Assembly: GCA_030770535.1 (NCBI GenBank) | Contig: JASVEC010000001.1 | Coordinates: forward strand, 1,054,001-1,118,000 | Direction of reading: 5' to 3' | Origin: Batkoa obscura | Taxonomy: Eukaryota | Length of the DNA: 64,000 nucleotides | Part shown: one piece after another, positions 26,039 to 37,489 of the stretch | Position numbering within the stretch: the stretch's first letter is position 1 | How the letters are laid out: each line of letters begins with the position of its first letter | Position numbers and translations under genes: made by a program | Notes under the pieces: generated by a model | Databases searched by the model: none | Told to the model about the DNA's origin: nothing | The model's input: the letters and a program-made list of their open reading frames with translations, nothing else

Positions 26039-27748
26039 TTACTCTTCCTCTTCATCAATTTTATCATCAAATTTTTGAGTGTTATGGATATCAATAGGTT
26101 CAATCATAAATATAATCACAAGTAAACTTAAACCAGCTAAAGCACAAGAGATACCTGAAATAATCATTTGACCATCCCCATAACCTGCAATGACCTGCTC
26201 GAATTGTTGTTCTGGTAAGCTCCAAACATATTTCATTTCATTTAATACTCTACTATAATCAATATCACTACTACCTTCCGTATATTTATTAATAAATTGA
26301 GGTATTACTTGAGTCCAAATAGCACCACCAATAGTACTACCAATTGAACTACCAATACTTAAAACAATTTGAGAAACACTAGTTACAATAGCTACATCCT
26401 TTCTACTAACGGATCCTTGGTAAGCTACAATAACACACATATCAACAATAGCTTGTCCAATACCAGATAATGTTTGAGTCACATGAATTAATACATCACT
26501 TGAATGTGGAAATCTAGCTGGTATCATAGTACCTAATCCAATGCAATTAATAATAGCACCAACAATTAATAAATACTTGAAGTTTGGTATCTTTTTAATT
26601 AATACACCAGTAATTAAACAAGCAAATAAATAACCCATTTGATAACCTTTAAACAATAAAGAAGCACTGGATGGATCTAATTTACGTGAAATCATAAAAT
26701 ATTGCGTAAAATATTGCCAATTTAAACCAGAATCCATTCGAACAAAAAAGATAATTAACATAGCACCTAAAGTAGTAGAATTTCTTAAAAATCGCATTGG
26801 GATTAAAGGATACTTTGAATATTTATATACCCATATTATTAAGCCAATTAATAATAAACCACCAATCACCATTAAAGCTATCATACTAGGTGTATTCCAA
26901 CCATTCTCTTGATCACCTGCCATAATTAAAGGTAACATAATACAAGATAAACTAACAACTAATAAGATAAATCCAACCAAATCAAATTCATTGACAATCT
27001 TTTTAAGGCCATTTTTTAAACCAAAATGTCTAATACTTACAAAAGTAGTAGTTTGTTTTTTAGCTTTATGCTGTAAATAAAACATCATCCCAAAGAATAA
27101 TGCCACAAATGGACCAAACGCAATAGTAGGGATTTTATAACTCCATCTCCAATCTAAATTTTCTGAAATTGGAGTAATAGCATAAGAACCAATCCAATTA
27201 CATAATAGATAAGGTACCATATCAACTGAATTAAAGTTAATTCGATTAGCTAATGAAGTTAAATCCGCCATTAAAACTAATTTAATAATACTATATCCTG
27301 TATTCCCGATACTTTTAATAGTAGAAGCAAAAACAAAAGTAGCGAAATTATTCGAGCAAAAGGAAATTATCAAACCAATCAAATAAAAGATTAAACTAAT
27401 AAAGAAGAGTTCCGTTCGTCCAAAATAATCACTTAATAAAGAAAATAAAGGAATAAAAACTATACCAATTAAACCTGTTAATACTGAAACTACACTAGTT
27501 AAAGCATTGGATTTAAATTCTTCTAAGGCTATGTTAAGTAAACCATAGTCAAGGTTTTGTTCAATACCAATAGCAAAGGTTATTAAAAAAACACCAAGAT
27601 ATAAAGTCCATAATTGGTATTTACTAATAATACCACGAACACTAGCTGCTCTTCTAGCACCTACTTCATCAGCCGTAAAATCAAATTCATTTGTAGTTTT
27701 ATTATTGGAATCAACTATATCAAATTCTTTCTTTAATTCTTCACTCAT
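26039..27748 (-). CDS. MFS siderophore-iron transporter (ARN/MirB/Sit1 family)
   Basis: About 14 hydrophobic segments, SDYFGRTE, ADLTSLANR, WRW, GGAIW. Likely ATG at 27748 (MSEELKK); the ORF track starts at a non-ATG codon. Confidence 0.92.
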   Translation of the reverse strand: MSEELKKEFDIVDSNNKTTNEFDFTADEVGARRAASVRGIISKYQLWTLYLGVFLITFAIGIEQNLDYGLLNIALEEFKSNALTSVVSVLTGLIGIVFIPLFSLLSDYFGRTELFFISLIFYLIGLIISFCSNNFATFVFASTIKSIGNTGYSIIKLVLMADLTSLANRINFNSVDMVPYLLCNWIGSYAITPISENLDWRWSYKIPTIAFGPFVALFFGMMFYLQHKAKKQTTTFVSIRHFGLKNGLKKIVNEFDLVGFILLVVSLSCIMLPLIMAGDQENGWNTPSMIALMVIGGLLLIGLIIWVYKYSKYPLIPMRFLRNSTTLGAMLIIFFVRMDSGLNWQYFTQYFMISRKLDPSSASLLFKGYQMGYLFACLITGVLIKKIPNFKYLLIVGAIINCIGLGTMIPARFPHSSDVLIHVTQTLSGIGQAIVDMCVIVAYQGSVSRKDVAIVTSVSQIVLSIGSSIGSTIGGAIWTQVIPQFINKYTEGSSDIDYSRVLNEMKYVWSLPEQQFEQVIAGYGDGQMIISGISCALAGLSLLVIIFMIEPIDIHNTQKFDDKIDEEEE

Positions 27749-27880
27749 GTTAGGATTGAATTGATAATTACTTATTGATGAGGATATGTTGTATTTATAC
27801 ACTTTTTTTTAAAGTTAAATTCAATGTTCTATAGTTGTTCAATTATATCTTATGATTTATAAAAAATTAGTATAAATCTC

Positions 27881-27891
27881 TTATCTGATAA
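27881..27891. promoter_or_regulatory. Palindromic double-GATA ATCWGATAA site (SreA-type iron-repressor consensus)
   Basis: TTATCTGATAA ~135 bp upstream of the transporter ATG, matching the consensus on both strands. Confidence 0.65.
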
Positions 27892-28712
27892 TTCTATTGA
27901 TTGTATTAATTTAAAAGTATAATTAGTTCATTTAAGTTGAAACTAAATAGTTATAGGATGGACTTATACTACTACGATTAACTTTTAAAGGACTATAAGT
28001 TATATTTTGTAGTTTAAATATTTGAACTTATTAAAAATTAAGAAATACAAGAGATTGTCTATTTTTATGTTAATAAATAAAACCAAATATACACTATTTC
28101 AAATTTAAAACCGCAAAAAATAAATTGTACAATTTGAATAAATATCATTTACTCGAAAGCACTCATATTTCCATATTAGTAAAAAAATTTATTTTATCAA
28201 CTAAATAGTGGGAACTTGAATATGATAAAGCTAAAGTTTTTACATTTTTAACAAGTAAATAGTGTACTTACATACTATCGCTTTAGTTAATCCCTTGTAC
28301 CGATACCGTCACACATCTTCATTAATTCTAGTATTAAAGACTCCGATTAATTTTGCTTTTTATCTGCTTTCTCTTTCAATTCAACATTTTTCCTAATAAA
28401 TTACTAACATTTTAATATTAGACTAAAATTTTGTTAAAAGTATTTTCCGATCAATCAATCTGATTAGTAAAAGCTAAATTTTCATCTCCCTTAATTTTTT
28501 TATTCTAGATAAAAAAGAATGAAGAATTGAATAATGTGCTTTTAAATCAGTGGAGAAGGCCATTAAAGCACATAGGATTTAATAAAAGTTGATAAAGTTA
28601 CTCATATTGAAACTAATTTTAATAATAGTTAAAAGCAAGTGAGTATAATAAATAATCCTGATAAAAATATTATTATTTTTAAATAATTTTTTAAATTTAA
28701 TAACATATATAT

Positions 28713-28810
28713 GGGGATATATTTTTTTGTTTAAGAATTTCACTAACAATCTTTCCACTCAAATAGCGCTTAAAAAATGGAGAAAGTAATGAAATCAAAA
28801 AAAAACCTCC
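28713..28810. mobile_element. Family A MITE abutting a Sola remnant
   Basis: GGGGATAT...ACCTCC, TSD ATAT/ATAT. Confidence 0.92.
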
Positions 28811-29523
28811 ATATTGATCAATTAATTTCAAAATTTAAGATTTTTATTTGTGAACATAGTAGAATTAATAACTCGACTGTCAATAATGTGAGAACAAATA
28901 TAATTTTTAAAAAGTATGAAAGAAACAAAGATATAAAGAAAGTAGTATAAATACAAGGTATCAATGAGTATTTACATTTTATTAAATGTAATAATAAACT
29001 ATACTGTATAACAGTATCTGATAGATCAAAAAAAAGTGATATAATTCCAATTAAAGTTGTATTCATTATTTACTAAGCAAATAGTTTATTAAATGATAGA
29101 AATCAACTATTAAATGTTAGTATTATTTAAATTATTAATAACTAAATCAATAAATAGTCAAAGAGCAAGTAATTGTAATAATAAGTAAAAACTATTATTA
29201 TATTGTTTATATTATATGAAAATAGTTAATTGAAGTTTTAAAGCTAACCACTCTGCTTTATACATCTATTTATTAACTTATTAATATATTAATAATGTAA
29301 TTATAAAGTTAAAATAATTTATTTGTCTGATAGTAAATCTGCAATTTGTGTTAAATTTAATACAAATTTCGCCAATTTTTAATATAAATTATAAAATTAA
29401 AGCTGTGTTAGGTACTTTTGGTTTTTAATAAAGAATTTATTTTTATAGAATTTTAAGCAAAGTTTTTGAAATACAAAATATTTCAAAATTGTATAAAAAA
29501 ATGAAACCAATTCGAACATCCTC
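28811..29523 (+). mobile_element. Decayed 3' fragment of the Sola-like transposon with right TIR
   Basis: Encodes DQLISKF..IIFKKYERNKD..VSDRSKKSDIIPIKV with stops and deletions; ends TGAAACCAATTCGAACATCCTC. A MITE end fragment follows at 29524-29547. Confidence 0.92.
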
Positions 29524-30339
29524 TGATGAAGCCAAAAAAACATCCTCATATTCTATTTTAAAGTTTTGTATATAAATTTTGCTAAAAAAACAACTTTACC
29601 TTGATTGAGTACTATTTTTATTGAATGAAAGATAGCATGGGCTAATGATTTTAGTTACGCCAAACTTTGTCTAACCAGGTATCAATGTGGAAGGCAGGCC
29701 TTTCTATTGTGGCCTCGCCTTCCCTTCTTTTAGGTCACTTTTTATTGTTCACAAATAAAATACTTTAGGAATTTAGTCTTTTCAAGAAATTTAAAAAAAG
29801 TTTATATAGAAATTAAGCATATGCTTTATTCATATCCAATTTTTACTTTGTATTGAATAAAATCCATGTGTAATTATTTTAGGTCCTCACAATAAGGGTA
29901 ATCTTTTATAAGACTAAATCAGCACTTCAAAAATCCTACCTGAGATGTTAGTTGATATTTCCTGTACTTCTATACTTTAGTAAATTTATCAAACACACAC
30001 TAAGCTTCCTTTTGCAAACAGCGATAACAGATCTACAACTTTATTTTTAAATGAAAATGAAAAATCACTTAGTCGAAGGAATTTGAATGAATAAAGTTAC
30101 ATTTGACTAGGAAAAAGAGTAGATGTAAGAAATTACTTGAATAACCACTGTCTCCCCTTATTAACCTTTATTAAGTTATTTTATTGAATAGAACCCTTAG
30201 AAGCTGTATGACTCTTTTAGAAATATAAAAAAAGCTTGTACAGAAAATAAAAATAGTTAATTTTTTAATGAGTGATCTAATAAAATATCGGTACGGTAAA
30301 ACTTTAGCTCCTAAAGCTAACCAAATTATTTTTATAAAT

Positions 30340-30438
30340 GGGGGTGTCTTTTTCGGCTTCATCGCTTTTTCCATCTTTTAAGCGCTATTTGAGTGGAAAA
30401 ATTGTCAGTAAAACTCTTAAACACAAAGATACATCCTC
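30340..30438. mobile_element. Family A MITE
   Basis: GGGGGTGTC...ACATCCTC, TSD AAAT/AAAT. Confidence 0.93.
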
Positions 30439-30450
30439 AAATTACAATTA

Positions 30451-30613
30451 CAACTGTTCCAACTCTATTGCGACCTGATTAACTATTCATTTAATAATAG
30501 TTATTGTTAAAGTCAGCTTAAAAATTTAAATTAAGCTTTGAGTATTCAATAGATGGAAATAGCTAGTTCTAGGGATTACCACAAAGTAGGTCTCAATAGA
30601 ACTGCAGTAATTG
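30451..30613. mobile_element. MITE family B copy
   Basis: TA|CAACTGTTCCAACTCTATTG ... CAATAGAACTGCAGTAATTG|TA. Confidence 0.75.
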
Positions 30614-31299
30614 TAACTCAGGTATAAAAGTTTAATTAACAAAAAAAATGCCTTAATTGTTTCCAATTCAAAAGTTTAATACATAGCATCCTGAGTCAAT
30701 ATATCTACACTAAAAAAAGTCTTTTTAAATTACTGCTGTCTGTGCTAATATGGGACCAATTTACCAGCTTTGAAATTTGTGATAGTCTATTTTAAATTTT
30801 GTTTTCTAGTATAAAAATATGAATTTATTGCACATAGCTATAAACTTTTAATTGCAATTATGCAAGATGATTAAAATTGTAGTAAACTTGAACAATAAAT
30901 TCAAATTTAATATTATATGGTTCATTTTATGGTTTCAGTGTAAAAGCAATCAATTGGTTAATACTAATAAAAGCTTAGTATAAATCTATTATTATTATGT
31001 AATATAACATAATACACTTTTTGAAGTAAATAGTTAGTTGATAATTTGAAACTATTAGTATTAATACTAAAAATAAAGACATAAAGTTTTATAATAAATT
31101 TTTTAAATTATTTTCCGAATATATAATTTCTATATTTCTATATATTCACTTGTCTAACCAGTTTATAAATTTTAAATTATAAAAGCGGAAAATAGAATAA
31201 TATGAGATGATCGATTCTGGAATAGTTTCATAAAAGGATATATTACTTTCAGGAAAGCAAGTATAAAAGAGAAGAATGTGGTACATTTGTAATTTAAAA

Positions 31300-33244
31300 A
31301 TGTTTACTTTGATTTCATTATTGGAGTCTCTGCTCGTGTTATTTCTGGTTTTTTATGTTTATAAAGTAGTCAATTATTTATGTTTATTTATTTTGATCTA
31401 ATTTCATCTTTAAAGGTTATATACAATATATTTTTTAGTCCATTAAAAAATGTACCTGGGCCATTAATCAACTTAATATTTCCCCTTGTGAATTATATCT
31501 ACATAATGAATGGCACTTACCCAGAGTATGCTCTCAATTTGCATGAAAAATACGGAAATGCAGTAAGGTTAAGTAAGTATCAAGACTAAAGTTGGTCATT
31601 ATAATAATAGTAATTGTAAAATCAGGCTGGAACAAAATATCCTTTTCTTCGGATTTAGCACTAAAAGAGATTTACTCAACTTATTCTTATATAAAGGACC
31701 AGGCTTATGAGATGTTTCAAATAATAGGAGAAACCATTTTTAGTACAAGGTAATAAAGAAGTAGTATTAAGTAGCTATAACTAATAATTTAATAGAAGTA
31801 GAGCTTTTCATCGTCAAAGAGTAATGTTTTAAATAATTTATAAAATAAAAATTAACAGTTAGAAAAAAATCATCGCGCCATCTTTCTCGGAGAAGGCAAT
31901 AGAGAGCGTAGAATATTTAGTAAAAAAGAATGTTGACATTTTCGTCAATAAAGTGGATGTTCTTGCAACTCAAGGTCAAAAGTTAGATCTTGGTCTTTAC
32001 TTTCATTACTTTGCTTTCGTAAGCTATTTTTGTAAACCATTTCTATTTATAATAATATAATAGGATATAATTGGAGACCTAGCGTTTGGTAAATCATTCA
32101 ATATGTTAAGGGATGGCTATCACCCAATAGTAAAATGGACACATGATATATCCAAACTCAGTATTTTGGTATAATATTGATATTTACATTTTATGTAGTA
32201 TTAACATGATATTAGGTACTTTTGTTCCCGTTTTTGAAATACCATCAGTTTGATAGTATTAAAAAGCTATATGAGGTAATAGTTACTAGGATTATCATTG
32301 TGGTTATTAAATCAAATTTAGTTTACATATGAATCAATAAGAGAGGCTAGAAATAGCCCAGACAGAGCCAATATTCTAAATACTTTAATCAAAGCAACAG
32401 ATCCAGATACTGGAGAGCATTTAAGCGAAAAAGAAATAGCTGAGGAATCGATTTTACAAATGTAATTATAAGTCTTAATTTATTTAATTTAATTAAGATA
32501 TTCTTTTTTAAAGTGGCGCTGGAACCGATACTACTTCAAACTCGCTCACATGGTAATCTAATGTAATATAATTAACATCGCTAGGAAATTAATCAACATA
32601 AATAGGGTATTTTATTTACTAACTAATAATCCAGAAGTGTATGAAAAAGTCAAAGAAGAAATGCTTACAATATTCCCAGACAAAGACTCAATTACTTATA
32701 CTAAATGTAAGTCAGAATGCCACTATCTTAGTGCTGTAATTCACGAAAGTTTAAGAATCTTACCAGTAGCTGGTAGTGCGCCAACAAGAGTTGTACCTAA
32801 AGGAGGTAGGGTAATTGATGGTTATTATATACCAGAAAAGGTAAAATATAGGATAATTAAAAGTTAAGCTATTAACAAATTTTAGGTTACTGTTGGAGTA
32901 ACCATTAATGCTTTACATAATTCACCCTCAGTATGGAAAAACCCAAATGTCTTCGACCCTCAAAGATGGCTAGAAGATGGAAAATTTAGAAATAATTCTA
33001 ATTTTTCACCCTTTTTAATGGGGCCTAGAGCTTGTGTTGGTAGAACGTAAGTTTTTAATTAACAGTTTGATTACATTGCTTATTTGATTTGTTTAGTTTG
33101 GCTTGGATGGAATTGTATTTAGTTTGTGCAAATATGATAAGAAAATTTACTTTCAAAAGGATTGATGAGAAAAAAATTAGTCGCAAAAATTATGTTACCA
33201 CTAAACCTGGTGAGCCTATCGAGGTTTCTATAATTAAAAATTAA
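31300..33244 (+). CDS. Cytochrome P450, about 12 exons including a 25-bp micro-exon (31796-31820)
   Basis: N-terminal anchor, PLKNVPGP, I-helix GAGTDTT, HESLR (ExxR), FDPQRW, heme motif PFLMGPRACVG; TATAAAA upstream. Confidence 0.93.
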
Positions 33245-34099
33245 AGCATGCTATACCAAGCATAGCTGATATGATTTTATCTCAAGTTATATGTTGATTT
33301 TTTAATTTTTATTAGTAAATTCTATGAACTATTTTAAGTTTTTGGTAAGTTTTTAAAATAAACGAAATTAGAAGGGATATAAAGGATGTTTTTCTTATCC
33401 ATCTCCAAGCTTACATTGGCTTATTGGTTAAATTCAAGTCCCTTTTATATAAAGTGAAACAATAAATGAAAATGATAGCTATCAAAGCAATATGAAAATT
33501 ATTTTTAAAATTTTATACACTTACATAAATACTGTAATATTGTTAACAGAGCAATGTTTTTGAGTACTATATAAATTAAATAGAATCCAAAAAGGGATTA
33601 ATAAAAACATGAGAAGAGGTAAAAACTTATTTATCTGCCTATTTTAAATTCAACGTTTTAATTATTATTCTAAATAGCTGTATGTAGCTATATGTCTTCT
33701 TTTGGTTTTTTTTTCCAATTTTTAAGCTTGAAATCTGGACAATTTGCTAGTTGATAGCTTAAAACAAAATAATCCTACTTTATTTTATTTCATTTTATTT
33801 AACAGTTTAATTTTTTAGAATTGATATTGAATTAACATTTATATAAGTTTTAATATATATTTCGCTTTTAATATAAAATAAGCAATTTTAAAAAAAGAAC
33901 TTTTGTTTTAATCAATCAAGTTTATACTAATAATTTTATTATAAATATCTATTTTAGATATAAAAACACTAACAGTAGTAATTATGGATTTTTTAATAAA
34001 ATTATAAAAAAATCTAGTAGGTTTAGTTTATGTTAAAATATAAATGCCGCAATTTAAAAATAATATGAAATATTAATATTTTTTAATTAAAATACTTAT

Positions 34100-34198
34100 G
34101 GGGATGTGTTTTTGTGTTTAAGAATTTTACTAACAATTTTTCCGCTTAAATAGCGCTTAAAAAATGGAAAAAATAATGAAGCCAAAAAAAACACCCCC
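34100..34198. mobile_element. Family A MITE
   Basis: GGGGATGT...ACACCCCC, flanks TTAT/ATAT. Confidence 0.93.
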
Positions 34199-34207
34199 AT
34201 ATATAGG

Positions 34208-34672
34208 TGTGAAATATTGCTTTATCAGCTCTCGGATTGATTATAACATAATCAATCATTTAAGTTGTTGTGTTCTCAAGTTCAAGCACTATCAAGCCAG
34301 AGTCCCTTATTTTGATTTGTTGCGAGAATTTATAACTTCACGTTGCAAAGAATATTATCCTCTCGCTTTGATATCCATACTTGTTGGAGTATAAAAGAGA
34401 TTCTTCAACATGATAACTCGAGGCTTTTTAACTGAATTACTCCCTGATATCGTACCATTAATAAAGCCACTAAGTCTTTCTGACAACATCTTACGTAAAC
34501 TTTACAGTAGTATTGTCTATTATATTTGTTTTACATAGTTCGTAACTTATTACGTGTTATTCTTATTAACTTAAGTCTATCTTAGTTATATAAAATAGGA
34601 CCGTTCGACCCAAGGCAAGTTAATCAAGCAAGAACTGCTTTTAACTCCAACCACTGAGTACCAACTTTCACA
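34208..34672 (+). mobile_element. Solo LTR inserted into the terminus of a family A MITE
   Basis: TGTGAAA..TTTCACA with TAGG duplicated on both sides. Confidence 0.92.
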
Positions 34673-34772
34673 TAGGGATGTATTTTTTTGTTTGAGAATT
34701 TTACTAATAATCTTTCCACTCAAACAATGTTTAAAAAATGGAAGAAGTAATGAAACCAAAAAATACATCCTC
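34673..34772. mobile_element. Family A MITE, left end split by the LTR
   Basis: AGGGATGTATTTTTTTG...ATACATCCTC ATAT. Confidence 0.9.
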
Positions 34773-35334
34773 ATATATTATTTGATTTATTTTTATTATT
34801 TGGGGGTGTCCGAATTGGTTTCATTTTTTTATCCAATTTTTAAATATTTATATTTTAAAAACTTTGCTTAAAATTCTATAAAAATAAATTCTTTATTAAA
34901 AGCCAAAAGTACCTGACACAGTTTTAAATTATTTTGTTATAATTTATATTGTCAATTAGCGGAATTTTTATTAAATTTAATATAAATTCCTGGATTAGTA
35001 AAGATTTTACTAATATAGCCTGTATAGTGATATTAGTCAAAGTTGTAATATGTAAATAAATATATACTTTTATATAACTTTATTAAGAAATATTTATTAT
35101 TAACTGTTTTATATTCAACACTGCAGATTTGCTATCAAATGAATAAATTATTTTAATGTTATAATTACATTATCAATATATCGCTAAGCTAATAAATAGC
35201 TGCATGGGAGGGAGTGGTTAGCCCCAAAACTATAATTAACCATCCCTATGTAACACAAGCAGTATAATAATAGCTTTTACTTATTATTATAACTACTTGC
35301 TCTTTGACTATTTATTAACTTAGCTATCAATAAT

Positions 35335-37038
35335 TTAAGTAATATCAACATTTAATAATTGATTTCTATCATCTAATAAGCTACTTACTTGCTTACTAAA
35401 TATTGAAACTTTTAAATTCTCAGTTATTTTTGTAAGATAAGCTGGGGTTGACCTTTTAATTTTTCTATCCTCTATAGACTCTATAACTTTAATTGGAATT
35501 ATATCGCTTTTTTTTGATCTATCAGATACTGGATAACAGTGTAGTTTTTTACCACGTTTAATAAAATGTAAATACTTTTTAATACCTTTTATTTTTATTA
35601 TTTTTTTTGTATCTTTGTTTCTTTCATACTTTTTAAAAATTATATTTATTTGCCCATTATTGACAGTTGAGTTATTAAATCTATTATTTTCACAAACAAA
35701 AATCTCAAATTTTGAAATTAATTGATCAATATCTTCTATTTTACCTAATGCTTCAAGACTATTTTTCCACTGTGAAAGATTTCCAAAATGCCCGTCAACT
35801 ATACTTTTTCCATGATGCTCAGCAAAAAAATTAAGATGAATATTTAAACTACTATTTATTTTATAAATTTCTTCAAATACATAATGTAAAAACTCTTGAG
35901 ATTTAAAATGATATCCCGTATCTGCCCATATATTAATTTTTGTAAACTTTTTAAATAAAAGCTCTTTAGATATTAAATCAATCAAACAATCTCCTGCATA
36001 TGCTGAATCATGATTTAATATTTCAGATAAATAATCAAAATAAACTTTGCCTATTGTTTTATCGTTTTTTAAATACAAAACGCCAAACCCTAATACTGAT
36101 ATAGCTTGTTTATTATAATGATCTAAGTTTATTGGATCTGGTCTTGTTCCTATTTCCATATTTTGTTTAAAGTCTAAAATTATTATACAACTTCTATTAT
36201 TTAATTTTTCAATAGTTTCATTAAGTATGTTTTTTTGAGTATCAACACAAAATTCATGTAATTTATATAACCTTTTTTCTTTATTAAAAGATTCCTGTAT
36301 CTCTGCTTTATTTTCTGTCGCTGTATTTATTTTATTTTCAAATAACTTTTTTCTAACTGTATACTGGGCACATATATTACATAAATCTGTTTTTCTTGCT
36401 GGATTTTTAAAATTATTTGGTATATATTTGAAAAATGTTGACCTAGCTACTGCTTTATCTTTTAAATCATTAAAATACTTACTGTATATCATTCTTCTAC
36501 TTTTATTTAATATATATATATTCTCTGACGAATATTTATCATTATTTTTTTTACTAAATCTTGATGAAATAGTTGAATTATCAAGTAAATATTGTATAAT
36601 AATCTCGATTTGCTCATCTTTAATTCTTTTTGTATTTTTGATAGTAGGTCGTAATGTTGGTATTTTATTATTATTAATTATTTTTGAATAATCATATTGA
36701 TTTTTACTTATATTAAATCCAAAACTTTTACATTCATCAAAAGAATATACTGAAGCTATAGTCGATAATAATGCTACTTGTTGGTTTTTATTTCCTGTTT
36801 CCCTTAAAGCACTAATTTTATACATTGCTTGATTAAGTTTGTTATTATTAATAGTAAAATTTAATAATATTTCTTTTCTTTTTTTTGTTTTATTATAAAA
36901 TTCCATAAACTTTGGGCTATTGTGAATAGTTGCTAAAATTGATGTAAATGAATTACAATGTTTATATAATGTGCTTCTCCCTACCGTATTAAAGTCTTTA
37001 GAAATTCCATTTCGAAGTTTAGTTATAAAAGCTTGCAT
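35335..37038 (-). CDS. 567-aa DDD-type transposase (Sola2-like)
   Basis: DLCNIC..H zinc-like motif; IILDFKQN, IWADTGYHFK and FFAEHHGKSIVDGHFG catalytic blocks; uninterrupted ORF between TIRs. Confidence 0.88.
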   Translation of the reverse strand: MQAFITKLRNGISKDFNTVGRSTLYKHCNSFTSILATIHNSPKFMEFYNKTKKRKEILLNFTINNNKLNQAMYKISALRETGNKNQQVALLSTIASVYSFDECKSFGFNISKNQYDYSKIINNNKIPTLRPTIKNTKRIKDEQIEIIIQYLLDNSTISSRFSKKNNDKYSSENIYILNKSRRMIYSKYFNDLKDKAVARSTFFKYIPNNFKNPARKTDLCNICAQYTVRKKLFENKINTATENKAEIQESFNKEKRLYKLHEFCVDTQKNILNETIEKLNNRSCIIILDFKQNMEIGTRPDPINLDHYNKQAISVLGFGVLYLKNDKTIGKVYFDYLSEILNHDSAYAGDCLIDLISKELLFKKFTKINIWADTGYHFKSQEFLHYVFEEIYKINSSLNIHLNFFAEHHGKSIVDGHFGNLSQWKNSLEALGKIEDIDQLISKFEIFVCENNRFNNSTVNNGQINIIFKKYERNKDTKKIIKIKGIKKYLHFIKRGKKLHCYPVSDRSKKSDIIPIKVIESIEDRKIKRSTPAYLTKITENLKVSIFSKQVSSLLDDRNQLLNVDIT

Positions 37039-37129
37039 TTTGTTTTTATTTTAACAAAAAATAAAGTCAAATAACTATATAATTATATATTATATAGCTA
37101 TTGAATATTTAATAAAAAATACAAAACAC

Positions 37130-37489
37130 TGTGAAATATCGTTTCATCATCTCTGTGATTGATTATCGCATAATAATCACTTAACTTGTTTACAAAACTA
37201 GTTGAGTATAAAATAGATTCTTCAACATAATAGCTCAAGGCTTTTTAATTTAATTGTTCCCTAATATTTTACTTTTAATAAAGCCACTAAATCTTTCTGA
37301 CAATATCTTATGTAGATTTTATAGTAATATCCTGTATTCTATTTATTTTACATAGCTCGTAGCTTATTGTGTATTACTCCTATTGATTTAAGTCTATCTT
37401 AGCTACATAAACTAAGGCCTTTTGACTTACAGCCAGTTAACTAAGCTAGAACTGCCTCTAACTCCAATTACTGAGTACTAACTTTCACA
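37130..37489 (+). mobile_element. Degenerate, internally deleted solo LTR inside the transposon 5' region
   Basis: TGTGAAA..TTTCACA, ~100 bp missing, flanks AACAC/AACAT. Absent from the 6117-6624 copy, which serves as the empty site. Confidence 0.88.

Noticed and set aside
6117..29523. Left and right Sola ends in matching orientation enclosing 23 kb as one giant cargo transposon
   Set aside because: Flanks differ (ATAT vs TGAT), so there is no TSD; independent fragments are simpler.
6709..34774. Short ORFs 6709-6906, 13232-13447, 30171-30374, 34164-34394 and 34586-34774
   Set aside because: They fall in LTR or MITE sequence, and their frames are not conserved among copies.
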